Shown here: positions 50,829 to 63,398 of the stretch, in pieces
Position numbering within the stretch: the first letter of the stretch is position 1
How the letters are laid out: each line of letters opens with the position of its first letter
From: Octopus vulgaris
Taxonomy: Eukaryota
Direction: 5' to 3'
Assembly (NCBI GenBank): GCA_951406725.2
Contig: OX597816.1
Location: 15,872,001-15,936,000, forward strand
Length of the DNA: 64,000 nt
The notes under the pieces: generated by a model
The model's database searches: none
What the model was told of the DNA's origin: nothing
Seen by the model: only the letters and a program-made list of their open reading frames with translations
Position numbers and translations under genes: made by a program

Positions 50829-51305
50829 AGGATACACAATGAAGGATTGGGAAAAGGGGCCACACATTGCATAGCTGGCTTAAGACACTGAATATTATGC
50901 ACTGACTCTGAGGGAAGGCTAAGTAGTAGTACTAGAAAATGAGATGAATTTGGAAGATGGTGGCAGTGATGATGTCAATGATTAAAACAGTAAAGGTGAT
51001 GGAAAAATAGATGAAGGAGAATAAAAGTGGAATGCTTATGCAGCTGCTAATGTCTATTTTTTTTTTATCTAAGATGGCGTCACATTTCCTTATAGGGAGA
51101 AATTAATGATCCAGAGATATGATTTGATCACTTCTTATGATTTTAGTTTTCTGCTTCCGTAGACATCCTCACGCTACTTATCATCCATTCACAACACCAA
51201 AATAACCAGCTCTCTTGTAAAGATATGCCGATGCCTTTCATAAGCAGTTCTTCCCTTGTCTGTGACACATCTCTCAAAGGCAAGAGAACCATTATACATC
51301 TAAAG

Positions 51306-51903
51306 GCGGCGAGCTGGCAGAAATGGTAGCACACCGGGTGAAATGCTTAGTAGTATTTCGTCTGCCGTTACGTTCTGAGTTCAAATTCCGCTGAGGTCGA
51401 CTTTGCCTTTCATCCTTTCGGGGTCGATAAATTAAGTACCAGTTATGCACTGGGATCGATATAATCGACTTAATCCGTTTGTCTGTCTTTCTTTGTCCTC
51501 TCTGTGTTTGGCCCTTTGTGGGTAGTAAAGAAATAGGTATTTCGTCTGCCATTACGTTCTGAGTTCAAATTCCGCCGAGGTCGACTTTGCCTTTCATCAT
51601 TTCGGGGTCGATAAATTAACTACCAGTTACGCACTGGGGTCGATGTAATTGACTTAATCCGTTTGTCTGTCTTTCTTTGTCCTCTCTGTGTTTGGCCCTT
51701 TGTGGGTAGTAAAGAAATAGGTATTTCGTCTGCCATTACGTTCTGAGTTCAAATTCTGCCGAGGTCGACTTTGCCTTTCATCATTTCGGGGTTGATAAAT
51801 TAAGTACCAGTTACACACCGATGTCGATGCAATTGACTTAATCCGTTTGTCTGTCCTTGTTTGTCCCCTCTGTTTTTAGCCCCTTGTGGGTAGTAAAGAA
51901 ATA
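51306..51903 (+). mobile_element. SINE family A trimer
   Basis: The 13-bp TSD TATACATCTAAAG (51293-51305, 51904-51916) flanks the whole array. It has two identical internal junctions. Confidence 0.9.
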
Positions 51904-52359
51904 TATACATCTAAAGAGACAGGCTTGCCTTGTTCTTCTTCAGCCTCTGCAGATCAACATTCAAAAGCAACGTCTCACTAACACACATCGTACTTATTCC
52001 ATCCATTACCAACACTAATTAGATCACCAAGGTAACTATCAATTATATGACATTAAATTTTCATTTTATTGAATAAACGAGTACCATATATTGATAATTG
52101 GATACCTTGCTGCAGAGTGCATAGCATCTTGTTCTCAATGATGGAAAAACAAAAGGAAGAGAATGAATACACACTTAATGCACCAACATGGCAAATATAG
52201 TTGCTAGCTGGTCTTTTATGATCAGGCATCAGGCATAGCTGATGTGTTTATTGAATTTAGAAGTTGATTACGTGGCTATTGTGATGGACATGCATTTACT
52301 AAGGCCATTGACAGGGTGTATGAAATAAATGTGCATATTAAGGAAACTTGAATGAGCCA

Positions 52360-52705
52360 CCCTAGATTAACCATTAAGCGAAATAAGCCCATGCTTAGGG
52401 CATCAAGAGAAGGGGTGGGCATCACAGAAATGGTAAATGGTTTACCATTTACCATTACTTTGAACTTGCTGAAATAATATTCAGGATGCCTCATCTCTGC
52501 TAAATATAGCTGCAGATGTATTATGTAAGATTAATTTTGAGGATCTAATTAAAGACTTTGCAATTAAAAAGAAGTTGGAGAAAACTTTGCAAACATAAAT
52601 GAAGTGGATGTATATAAAAATAAATTTTTTCCATCTTAGTATTATTTTGTTCCTTTTTAAAAAATAAAAATTTATTTTATGGTTTATTATTGTTTATATT
52701 TGGAA
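52360..52705 (+). mobile_element. hAT-derived element with a transposase C-terminal remnant
   Basis: Encodes SLLNIAADVLCKINFEDLIKDFAIKK, which resembles the end of the hAT dimerization domain. A similar copy is at 63068-63398. Confidence 0.6.
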
Positions 52706-52936
52706 TTACATGGCCGATGCCAGCACCGCCTTGACTGGCTTCCGTGCCGGTGGCATGTAAAAAGGAACCAACCGATCGTGGCTGTTGCCAGCCTCCTCTG
52801 GCTCCTGTGCTGGTGGCATGTAAAAAGCACCCACTACATTCATGGAGTGGTTGGCATTAGGAAGGGCATCCAGCTGTAGAAACACTGCCAGATCAGACTG
52901 GAGCCTGGTTCTTAATACAATAAAACAGAATACATA

Positions 52937-53345
52937 GGCGTAGGAGTGGCTGTGTGGTAAGTAGCTTGCTTACGAACCACATGGTTCTGGGTTCAGTCCC
53001 ACTGCATGGCACCTTAGGCAAGTGTCTTCTACTATAGCCTCAGGCTGACCAAAGCCTTGTGAGTGGATTTGGGAGATGGAAACTGAAAGAAGCCTGTCGT
53101 ATATATGTATATATATATATATGTGTGTGTGTGTGTGGTGTCTGTGTTTGTCCTCCCCCCCCCCCCCAACATTGCTTGACAACCAATGCTGGTGTGTTTA
53201 CGTCGTTGTAACTTGGCAGTTTAGCAAAAGAGGCCAATAGGATAAGTACAGGCTTCCAAAGAATAAGTCCTTGGGTCGATTTGGTCAACTAATGGCAGTG
53301 CTCCAGCATGACCCCAGTCAAATGACTGAAACAAGCAAAAGAGTA
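52937..53345 (+). mobile_element. SINE family C
   Basis: Full head-to-tail copy. Confidence 0.85.
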
Positions 53346-53607
53346 ACAGAGTAATACTTGTGTGTATAACATTTCTGATGTGTGTACAAACATGGAACAG
53401 CACTATCTGTAAGATTTTGTTTCAGAGTAAAAGTTCAAAGAAACTTGCCTCTTAAAAACACAGGACGTCTCTGGGAAAACCAGTGGTAGCACACAAGTCT
53501 TTTTGAGATGTTGCTTTGAGACACCTATGGATACACAGTGGTGCAATATGAATTGCCAGCACCTGTGGAAAGGCAAGTTATGCAGCCCTTAACTTGTATA
53601 CATTACA

Positions 53608-53940
53608 TTCATCATCATCATCATTTAACGTCTGCTTTCCATGCTAGCATGGGTTAGACGATTTTGACTGAGGGATGGCGAACCAGATGGCTGCACCAGG
53701 CTCCAATCTTGATCTGGCAGAGTTTCTACAGCTGGATGCCCTTCCTAACGCCAACCACTCCGAAAGTGTAATGGGTGCTTTTTACGTGCTACCGGCACGG
53801 GGCCAGTCAGGTGGTACTGGCAATGACCTCGCTTGAATCTTTTTACACATACCACCAGCACAGGTGCCAGTAAGGCGACGTTGGTAACGATCACGCTCGA
53901 ATGGTGCCCTTTTACGTGCCACTGGCACGGAAGCTGGTTA
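53608..53940 (-). mobile_element. SINE family B
   Basis: (CAT)n tail and family core. Confidence 0.85.
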
Positions 53941-54263
53941 GTAGAGTGTATTCAGGAAGCGGTTACAATACAAAAGTTGAGGGTAACAATACTTGCTATG
54001 TTCCAGGCACTGACAATTCATCTTACACGACTGATTGTGCATACACTAAATCTTGTTAAGCAAGTTACTCGTGTTTCCAACTAGATTTGTTTGAGTTTGG
54101 TTAATGACAAATTGTTACTTGCTGAGATAATTGCTAATTAGGAATAACACACACACACACATACACACACATCTATCTATATATCAAAATAGGAGATTGA
54201 AAACTTTTTGGACACACCTCCTAACCCAATCTATATAATGGGTATATACTTACATCTACACAC

Positions 54264-54296
<33 letters not shown>

Positions 54297-54753
54297 AATA
54301 TCAAAATCATTAATACATCAAGCAAAATGGCTATATATAATCATACATTCATTTTGTTAATTATATAATCTCCGTATATGTAATAATAGCCAATATAAAT
54401 ATTTAATGATTGATTCATTAATTTCTCCACTCATGCTTTACATTGTATAAAGAGAGAGGAAGAGAGCAACAGAGAAATAAAGTTAACATAAGAAGTGCAT
54501 GAGAATTACACATACTAGGCTTGGTGGCAGACAATGAGTAAGAGAACACTTTGCACACACACACAAAGAAACGCAGGGACAGAGGAAGACAAGGAGAGGA
54601 AGTAAATGACATAACTGTTATGGAAGGAGTTATACAAATGAGCAATTTGTTTTAATTTTAAGGTAATAAATTTTTTTGTTAGAATGTTAAAATTCATTTC
54701 ATCATTTTGTATTAGAATTAAGAAATTTGATAAAAGAAATTGTAATTATTGTA

Positions 54754-55204
54754 TTAACCATTTCGTTATTGTATTTTTTTTTTTTTGAGATACTCCGTGT
54801 TTCATTCAATTACTTTAAATATAACAAAAAATTTAGTAAAATAACTTAGTTAGCATTCAGCTAGTGTTAGGAACATAAATTGTGTCTAAGGTTTGGTGGA
54901 AGATTTTAATTCCAAACTTATGAAAACAAGAGATTTATACTAAAGAGCCAGAGCTGGTTTTAGCTGGGTTGGTAACAAAAGGGTTAACCCTTTTGTTACT
55001 GTATTTATTTTGAGATGCTCCGTGTTTCTTTCAATTACTTTAAATATAAGAAAGAATTTAGTAAAATAACTTAGTTATCATTCAGCTAGTGTTAGGAACA
55101 TAAATTGTGACTAAGGTTTGGTGGAAGATTTTAATTCCAAACTTATGAAAACAAGTACTCAGAGCCAGAGCTGGTTTCAACCAGGCTGGTAACGAAAGGG
55201 TTAA
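54754..55204 (+). mobile_element. Two piggyBac-like MITEs in direct tandem sharing one TTAA (54984-54987)
   Basis: ...AAAAGGG-TTAA-CCCTTTT... junction. Confidence 0.85.
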
Positions 55205-56168
55205 GCCATGTTTGATGATATCACCCATGGTGGTAAAAATATACTTCCACGGGTAACCTTAATATGATGGGTATCACTACTATATCTTGATAGTCCAGAT
55301 TCACTGTTAATTGCCAGACAATTAAAAGATCTCTCTAATCTTTGAATGATCCAAGAATACAAAATATATTCAGATCTTTTATGACTTTCTTTTACTTGTT
55401 TCAGTCTAGTCAGTGGCCATGCTGGGGCACCAGGGAATTTGAATGATAGAACTAGGAGTGGTTTCATGCAGGTTCATAACAAAATGGTCAACAGAAAAAT
55501 ATTAAAACAATTTTAATAAGATAATTCACAACTTACTAATAAAATTGTAGTATTATAAAAATGTGATTAAATCATATCATATGAAATTTCTTGTTTTGAA
55601 AAAAAAAGACCTGGAAGTTATCCATGAACACTACACTAGATATGCTAGAAATAGCAGCCATATCTTCCTTAAATTACATCCTGCCATCTTTAAAAAGTCA
55701 CATCAGATAATGTGGTCCTACATGCTTCTAAAAGAAATGGGATTGTCATGGTTGGAATGTCTTCAATCGTTGGTATGCTTGATCAGGGTTGACCACGTTT
55801 TTTTCTGCTCATCTCTCGCTCTCATGCTTTAAACTCCGAATACCTGGCATGAAACCAATTCCCCCCACCCCTCAATTCAAATACTACCCCCTTATAGTCG
55901 AGAGGGCTTTTATCCATTTTTTTTTTTTTTCCAGTCTTGAAAGTTACTTGGCAAACTCACAAGTACCAGTTTCATGAAAAAAATATCCACTACACACTGT
56001 AAAGTGGTTGTCATTGAGAAGGCCATCCAACTGTAGAAACTATGCCAAAGCTGCTATTGGAGCTCAAAGAAACCCTGTGACTCACCAGTTCTTGTCAAGC
56101 TATTCCACCCTTGCCAGAATGGAAAAATGGACATTAAGATGATGATTATGTTTACAATTCAATTCTGT

Positions 56169-56375
56169 TTAACGCTTTCGTTACCAACCCGGCTGAAACC
56201 GGCTCTGGCTCTGAGTACAAATGTCTTGTTTTCATAAGTTTTGAATTAAAATCTTCCACCAAACCTTAGTCACAATTTATGTTCCTAACACTAGCTTAAA
56301 GTTAAATAAGTTATTTAACTAAATTCTTTGTTATATTTAAAATTACTTGAAAGAAACAGAGAGCATCTCAAAATG
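56169..56375 (-). mobile_element. piggyBac-like MITE, partial, reverse orientation
   Basis: TTAAC(G)CTTTCGTTACCAACCCGGCTG start plus the family body in reverse complement. Confidence 0.75.
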
Positions 56376-56979
56376 TACCGGATGCATCTCAAATACATAC
56401 TCTGTTATGCATAAAGCTTAAAGGGAAGACCATTGGTGATCATATAACACAAGAATAATTTAATAGATAAGAGCATGGCAATAGTTTTTAAGCACTTTGT
56501 ATAATAAATGTTTGAATACATTGATTATTTTTGTATTGATTATTGAACAATGTCCTAATTACTGGACATTTAGCTTTAACTGATTGAAACAGTGAGAGTT
56601 AACCTGAGGTTAACATTACGTTAAATGTCCTGAGGTGACTGCTTAACAATTTAACATGGTTTAACACTTTGTTAATATTAAATGCAAGAATTACTAGACA
56701 GTATATTGTTATCATGAAATGTTATGCTGTGGCTTTCCATAATAATTCATAATTAATAAGAGATCATTTTATTATAGACAATCAGATTTTGAAAATGCAT
56801 TTAGACTCATTTGTTCTTGCTTTATTTTTGATAATCAATAAAATTCTGCATTAATTATTACTTAAAAAAGAAAATAGTTTTCGTTAAGTTTAAAGATGGT
56901 AGGATACTCACTTTAAATGCTTATACACACACACATCACCCAATAGAAACATGGAAAGCAAATGTTAAACGATGATGAT

Positions 56980-57011
<32 letters not shown>

Positions 57012-57029
57012 ATATATATATAGTTAATC

Positions 57030-57225
57030 CATACATGAACAAAGAGAAAACACAACAATGCGAAGACGTGGAATAAGTATAGTGTTATTGGACGCTGAAG
57101 AAAGGAAAGAAAGAAGGAGGATTTAACGTTTTGAGCGGAGCTCTTCGTCAGAAACATAGAAAAAAAGAAAAAGTTCCAGGAAGGGAAGACAGAGAAAGAA
57201 AATCGCCAACAATGTGCATGCGGTT

Positions 57226-57230
<5 letters not shown>
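57030..57230 (-). mobile_element. Penelope-like terminal-repeat fragment with a minimal hammerhead motif
   Basis: Minus strand CTGACGA-A-GAGC-TCC-GCTC-(A)AAA-CG-TTA at 57151-57123, between (CA)/(TA) microsatellites. Confidence 0.7.
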
Positions 57231-57258
<28 letters not shown>

Positions 57259-57717
57259 CATTTAAAGATATATATATACACACACACACATGCATGCACA
57301 CTCACACATACATACACATAAACATGCATACATGCACATACATACAAAATGCTTTTATTGACTGCATTACTATTACTCTAAAATTTAATGCTTATGCATT
57401 CTGAAATTGCAGTGGAGCAATGGTCTAGGTATTTTACAATACTTCTTTGCTAATCTCCAAGCAAGTTCTGAGTTCAAATTCTGCTTTGATCAATTTTGTT
57501 TATTTTTTTTTTATTTTTGTCTTTTTTGAATTAATAAAATACAATTAGTGTTCCAGTGTTAATTTAATTAATTATAATATTTCTCTATTGAAGAATTGTC
57601 CAGAAACATCATGAAAAATTTGTTACTATGAAATGGCTGTAGGCTGCAGTGATTTTTAAACATCTATTAAAACAAATGTTATTTTTTAGTTTGTTGTGGA
57701 TGGCAGATATGATTGTA

Positions 57718-58280
57718 TTGGGTTGTCCGGAAAGTTGTATTGGGTTAAAGGAAAGAGAAAGGTCAATAAATACTTGCCATTACATTTTTAATCAACCAAA
57801 TATCAACCATTTTGTTGCACAATGCATCTCCATCTTTCCTTTAACTTGAAAATACCCTCTTCCCAGAATTGAGGTGGTTTCATGGCAAAGAATTCATCAA
57901 GGTATCTTTTTAAGTCATCCAAGGAACTGAAATTTTTACCATTAAGACTATTCTGCAGAGACCTGAATAAGTGGAAATCCAAAGGAACAATATCTGGTGA
58001 ATATGGAGGGTGGGGTAACACATCCCAGCCGAGCTGCAGCAATTTTTGTCTGGTTCCCGAAGCATCAAGTGTCGAAAATGAACTTTCTTATCTTCCATTT
58101 TAACGGGTTACAGAATTAACACAGGTTATAGTAACATAAACCTTCTTCCACGAAAAGATAGCTTAGACTGTGCTCTAAATGGAGGTGTGGTAAAATCCTA
58201 TTTCATGGACTCAACCATGTTCAAAAATAAATCGAAAGGTAAGCTGCTATAAATCGGCATGAACTTTCCGGACACCCCAA
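57718..58280 (-). mobile_element. Second copy of the internally deleted mariner
   Basis: TA TSD, the same TIRs, and the same MEDKKVHFRHLML|GTRQKLLQLGWDV deletion junction as 31153-31718. Confidence 0.9.
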
Positions 58281-59224
58281 TACATTTCATTTAATATCTG
58301 TTATTTGAAGCTAGAATTGTTTAGAAGGGGAGTAATTGAGGCAGTAATTTTTTTAATGCCTGGATGCTCTTTCTGTCACCAACCATGCCTATTTTTCATG
58401 GAAAGAATTCACTTTATATAATTCTGGAGGAGTTCAAAATGCAGAAATAGTTGGCAATTTTTCTTGACAGGAAATGCCAACAAATGACATTTGTCAGTGA
58501 CCAGGCTACAAACCATGCCCACACCAAGCTGCAGGCCATGATGTCACTGTCTGCAGTTGCAGATTATTTGTGATTGTTAACAGTCCTATACATGATTATA
58601 CACACATGCATACAGACACACACACACAACATATGAACATACACACAATAGATACCTATCAGTTTCCCGCAAATAGATTTCCTCACAAGGCACTGATCAA
58701 TCAGGGGCCATTGTTAAAAGGCATTTACCTAAGGCGCTGCACAATAGTACTAAATCCAAAGCTGCAGTCAATAAGTTGGCTCAACTGCATAGCCATACCT
58801 GGAGTGATTTCTAAACACCTGGCTATAATTATTTATTAACCAGCAAATGGCTATCGCACACCTTGCTATAACCAACAGACACAATGAAGTTAATTGCTAA
58901 ATGCTCTAACAATCAGCAGTCAGCAATTAAAGCAATTTCCTATAATTGTAAACATGACTGTGACATTGGAATATAAACAGATTGTTGCAGATGTTATGGT
59001 GATTCTTAAATTTATCATGATTTATAAACGCCTTATACTGAAGAATTAATTATTTAATAATAACGATGATGTCAGTAATTAACATCAAAATCAATGATTA
59101 GCTTCTTTTGTGATTAACCTAATTATTAGCTCATTATAGAAATATAACTCTTCATAAAGTAATTATTGCAGTGATTTTCTTAAGAATCGTCTTTATCTTG
59201 TACTCGTTCCAGTCACTGGAACAT

Positions 59225-59688
59225 TTAACCCATTCGTTACTGTATTTCTGTTGAGATGCTCTGTGTTTCTTTCAATTATTTTAAATATAACAAAGAATTT
59301 AGTAAAATAACTTAGTTATCATTCAGCTAGTGTTAGGAACGTGACTAAGGTTTGGTGGAATATTTTAATTCAGAACTTATGAAAACAAGACATTTGTACT
59401 CAAAACCAGAGCTGGTTTCAGCCAGGTTGGTATCAAAAGGGTTACGAATTGTTTTCTATTATATATTTTAACCTTTTTGTTACCATATTTCTGATGGGAT
59501 GCTCTGTGTTTCTTTCAATTACTTTAAATATAACAAAGAATTTTGTAAAATAACTTAGTTATCATTCAGCTAGTGTTAGGAACGTGATTAAGGTTTGGTG
59601 GAATATTTTAATTCAAAACTTATGAAAACAAGACATTTTACCACAGAGCCAGAGCCGGTTTTGGCCAGGTTAGTAACAAAAGGGTTAA
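59225..59688 (+). mobile_element. piggyBac-like MITE dimer with spacer
   Basis: Two units separated by GAATTGTTTTCTATTATATATTT. Confidence 0.8.
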
Positions 59689-60229
59689 GAGGGCTCTTTA
59701 AATGCTTAGATATATATACATAAACATACATACACACCTGCTCATATACATATATACACGTTCATGCGTGCACACAGAAAATGCTTTTATCGACTGCACC
59801 ACTCTTATTTTAATTGTGGTCATACTGGAGCGCTACTTAGAAGGGTTTAGTCAAACAGGTTTATCCCAGAACTTATGTTTTTTTTTTTTTTTTTAATTTG
59901 GTACTTATTCTATTGGTCTCTTGTCAAACTGCTAAGTTACAAGGATCTAAACAAACCAACACCGATTGTCAAGTGTGGGGGGGGTACACACACACACACA
60001 CATATGGGCTTCTGTCAATTTCCTTCAACCAAACCCACTCAAAGGCTATAGTTGACCTGAGGCTATAGAAGACACTTGCCCAAGGTGTCACACAGTGGGA
60101 CTGAACCCCAAACCATGTAATTGTGAACCAAACTTCTTATCACACAGCCATGCTTGCACCTATTTGAAGAGTTTACATCAGAATAACAAACTCTCAGCCA
60201 CTCATTTATATTGTGGCATTACTCTTTCT

Positions 60230-60940
60230 TTCTACTGAAGGCACAAGCCCTGAAATTTATAGAGGGGGGGACTAGTTGATTACATCAACCCCAGTGTTTC
60301 ACTGGTACTTAATTTATCACCCTCAAAAGGATGAAAAACAAAGTCGACCTCAGCGGAATTTGAACGATCACTTGTATAATAATCCTTTCAACAATTGGCA
60401 CAAGGCCTTAAATTTATGGGGAGGGGACTAGTTGATTACATCGACCCCAGTATTTCACTGGTACTTAATTTATCAACCCCAAAAGGATGAAAGGCAAAGT
60501 CGACCCTCGGTGGAATTTGAATGATCACTTATATAATAATGCTTTCAATAATAGGTAGAAGGGCTGAAACTTATCGGGAGGGGACTAGTTGATTACATCA
60601 ACCCCAGTGCATAACTGGTACTTATTTAATCAACCCTGAAAGGATGAAAGGCAAAGTCGACCCTCGGTGGAATTTGAACTCGGAATGTAAAGACAGACGA
60701 AATACCTATTTCTTTACTACCCACAAGGGGCTAAACACAGAGAGGACAAACAAGGACAGACAAACGGATTAAGTCGATTACATCGACCCCAGTGCGTAAC
60801 TGGTACTTAATTTATCGACCCTAGAAAGGATGAAAGGCAAAGTCGATCTCGGCAGAATTTGAACTCAGAACGTAGCTGCAGACGAAATACCACTAAGCAT
60901 TTCGCCCGGTTTGCTAATGATTCTGCCAGCTCGCTGCCTT
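60230..60940 (-). mobile_element. Array of SINE family A and related variant units
   Basis: Three ~150-bp variant units (GGGGACTAGTTGATTACATC...) followed by an A-type unit with the canonical junction at ~60705. Confidence 0.8.
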
Positions 60941-62364
60941 CACATTGCAGCAAAACTGACAATAATACTGGTATGTATTTACTTATTTACCTAATTACAG
61001 TTATATGAACTGGTTTAGCAAGAGGGAAATGTTTAGCAATAGACAGTGTGTAGCACAACCGATCAAATTTGCACTACTTAACCTGGAGCTGACGATCCAG
61101 CAGAATATGGATTTGAAGAGCTTTGAAGCACACTGCACTTCCATAACAAACAAATCGTATTCTCTTCATCAATAATTCATGTCAAGTTTCCAACATATCA
61201 GATTATAATCAAACATTTGCAACACATGCCTTATAGATACCTTTTATCATCACCACAATCTGAGTAAACTTCCTTGCACTTCATACTTTAGCCTCACTAC
61301 TTATAGCTGAACTCCAGTCAGCAGCATTGATTACATTTCATCAAGGACACGTAATTTATATGCTGCTAATGATGATCAATGACTCCAGTTTGGCTATTGT
61401 CTTTTATTCAGATGCTTTTACTGCAGCGTTGCTGTACTTTGAGCCCCTTAAACAATAGGTGCACTGTCAGTCTGCCAGAAACACTATTGTCGTTTTGCTT
61501 TGCATGATTTTGAAATTATTTAATGCGTTTTGGAAGAAGCCTCAACATATTTGATGTATTATTAAACATAACCTCTTCTTTGTTGGGACAAGAGATGTTC
61601 GTTGTAAATGGTGTTTGTCTAATTGACTGGCTTCTAGTTTTAATAAAGACATGTTAGTTTTCAGTGTTGTTTCTATCTGTTAGTCATCTTTGCTTGAATA
61701 AAAGGTAGTCAAATTTAGAACGATGCGGTCTGAATTTATTATATAAAAAGTGTGTGAAATTTTGGCACTGCTTATTTGCATTGCCTATTTGGCACTGATT
61801 TATTTGATATCAAATCTTTTAATGTTTTCATTGTTCTCTCCTGACTTCTCTCTCTCTGGGTATATTTCTCTGTATGTGTACATGGAGAGAAGGTGGAGAG
61901 CTGGCAGAAACGTTAGCATGCTGGGTGAAATGCTTAGTGGCATTTCATCTGCCGCTACGTTCTGAGTTCAAATACCGCCGAGGTCGACTTTGCCTTTCAT
62001 CCTTTCAGGGTCGATAAATTAAGTACCAGTTACCAGATGTAATTGACTTAATCTGTTTGTCTGTGCTTGTTTGTCCTCTCTGTGTTTAGCCCCTTGTGGG
62101 TAGTAAAGAAATATGTGTTCAAGGAGAGGGAAAATACGTTGGTCATATTCAATAAATAAAATGCAATGTCTCTTTCCCTTTTTCTGTTTGTAAGAGTAAG
62201 AGAATGAATGAGTGAGTGTGAATATGATTGTGTGTGTATATTTACCTCCAGCACCGAAAAGTAATGTTGCTAAAACAGATCGAATGTCCAGTCAGCTGTG
62301 CAAGATCGGCTATGTCCAAGTAGCTGTGTGAAACTATGACGTTCCATTCCCAGAGTATAGTCTA

Positions 62365-62832
62365 AAACCCTTTTGTTACTGAATTTATTTTGAGATGCTT
62401 TGTGTTTCTTTCAATTAATTTTAAATATAACAAAGAATTTAGTAAAATACCTTAGTTATCATTACGCTAGTGTTAGGAACATAAATTGTGACTATGGTCT
62501 GGTGGAAGATTTTAATTCAAAACTTATGGAAACAAGACATTTGTACTCCAGAACCAGAGGCAGATTCTGCTCGGTTGGTATCAAAAGGATTAAGAATTGT
62601 TTCTCTGTTATATATTTTAACACCTTTGTTACCATATTTCTGTTGAGGTGCTCTGTGTTTCTTTCAATTACTTTAAATATAACAAAGAATTTAGTAAAAC
62701 AACTTAGTTATCATTAAGCTAGTGTTAGGAACATAAATTGTGACTTGGTGGAAGATTTTAATTCCAAACTTATGAAAACGAGACATTTGTACTCAGAGCC
62801 TATTTCAGCTGGGTTGGTAATGAAAGGTTTAA
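62365..62832 (+). mobile_element. piggyBac-like MITE dimer with spacer
   Basis: Two units separated by GAATTGTTTCTCTGTTATATATTT. Confidence 0.8.
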
Positions 62833-63398
62833 ACGCTTATTTCAACCCCTGAGGAAAATTCAGTTGCTATATTGATCCCACATCAAAGGGTGGGTTTTTT
62901 TCCTTTTCACTGGTCATTTTACTTTTTGTAAATTATATTAGTTAGTCTGATGAAGAGGAACAGCATTCTGTAACTGTTGCGGTTTCTTTCACTTAAAATG
63001 AAACAAGAATTTTAAACTGCTGATGTTAAATATCTTTGTGGAAAATATGGCATGAATGGTTCCAAGGCAGTGTTGGATTAACCCTGAAGCAAAATAAGCA
63101 TGGGAAGGTCGGCACCACATATATGGTAAATGGTTTTCAGCACAAAAGAAATCATATTAAACTTGCTAAAATAACACTTGGGATACCTTATTGCTACTGA
63201 GTACAGAAATAGATGTGTTACCTAAGATTAATTTTGAGGATCTGATCAAAGACTTTGTAATCAAAGAAATTACAAGAAAACTTTTTGAATCTAAATAAAG
63301 TGGAACTACACAAATATAAGCATTTTCTATCTTACTGTTAGTTTTGTTTCATTTTGGAAAATATAAATTTTATGGTTTATTATTGTTTATATTTTGTA

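Noticed and set aside
51306-51903. Hammerhead or other ribozyme core inside the tandem SINE-A unit (retrozyme hypothesis)
   Set aside because: No CUGANGA/GAAA arrangement was found by eye on either strand. Other ribozyme classes could not be tested without covariance searches.
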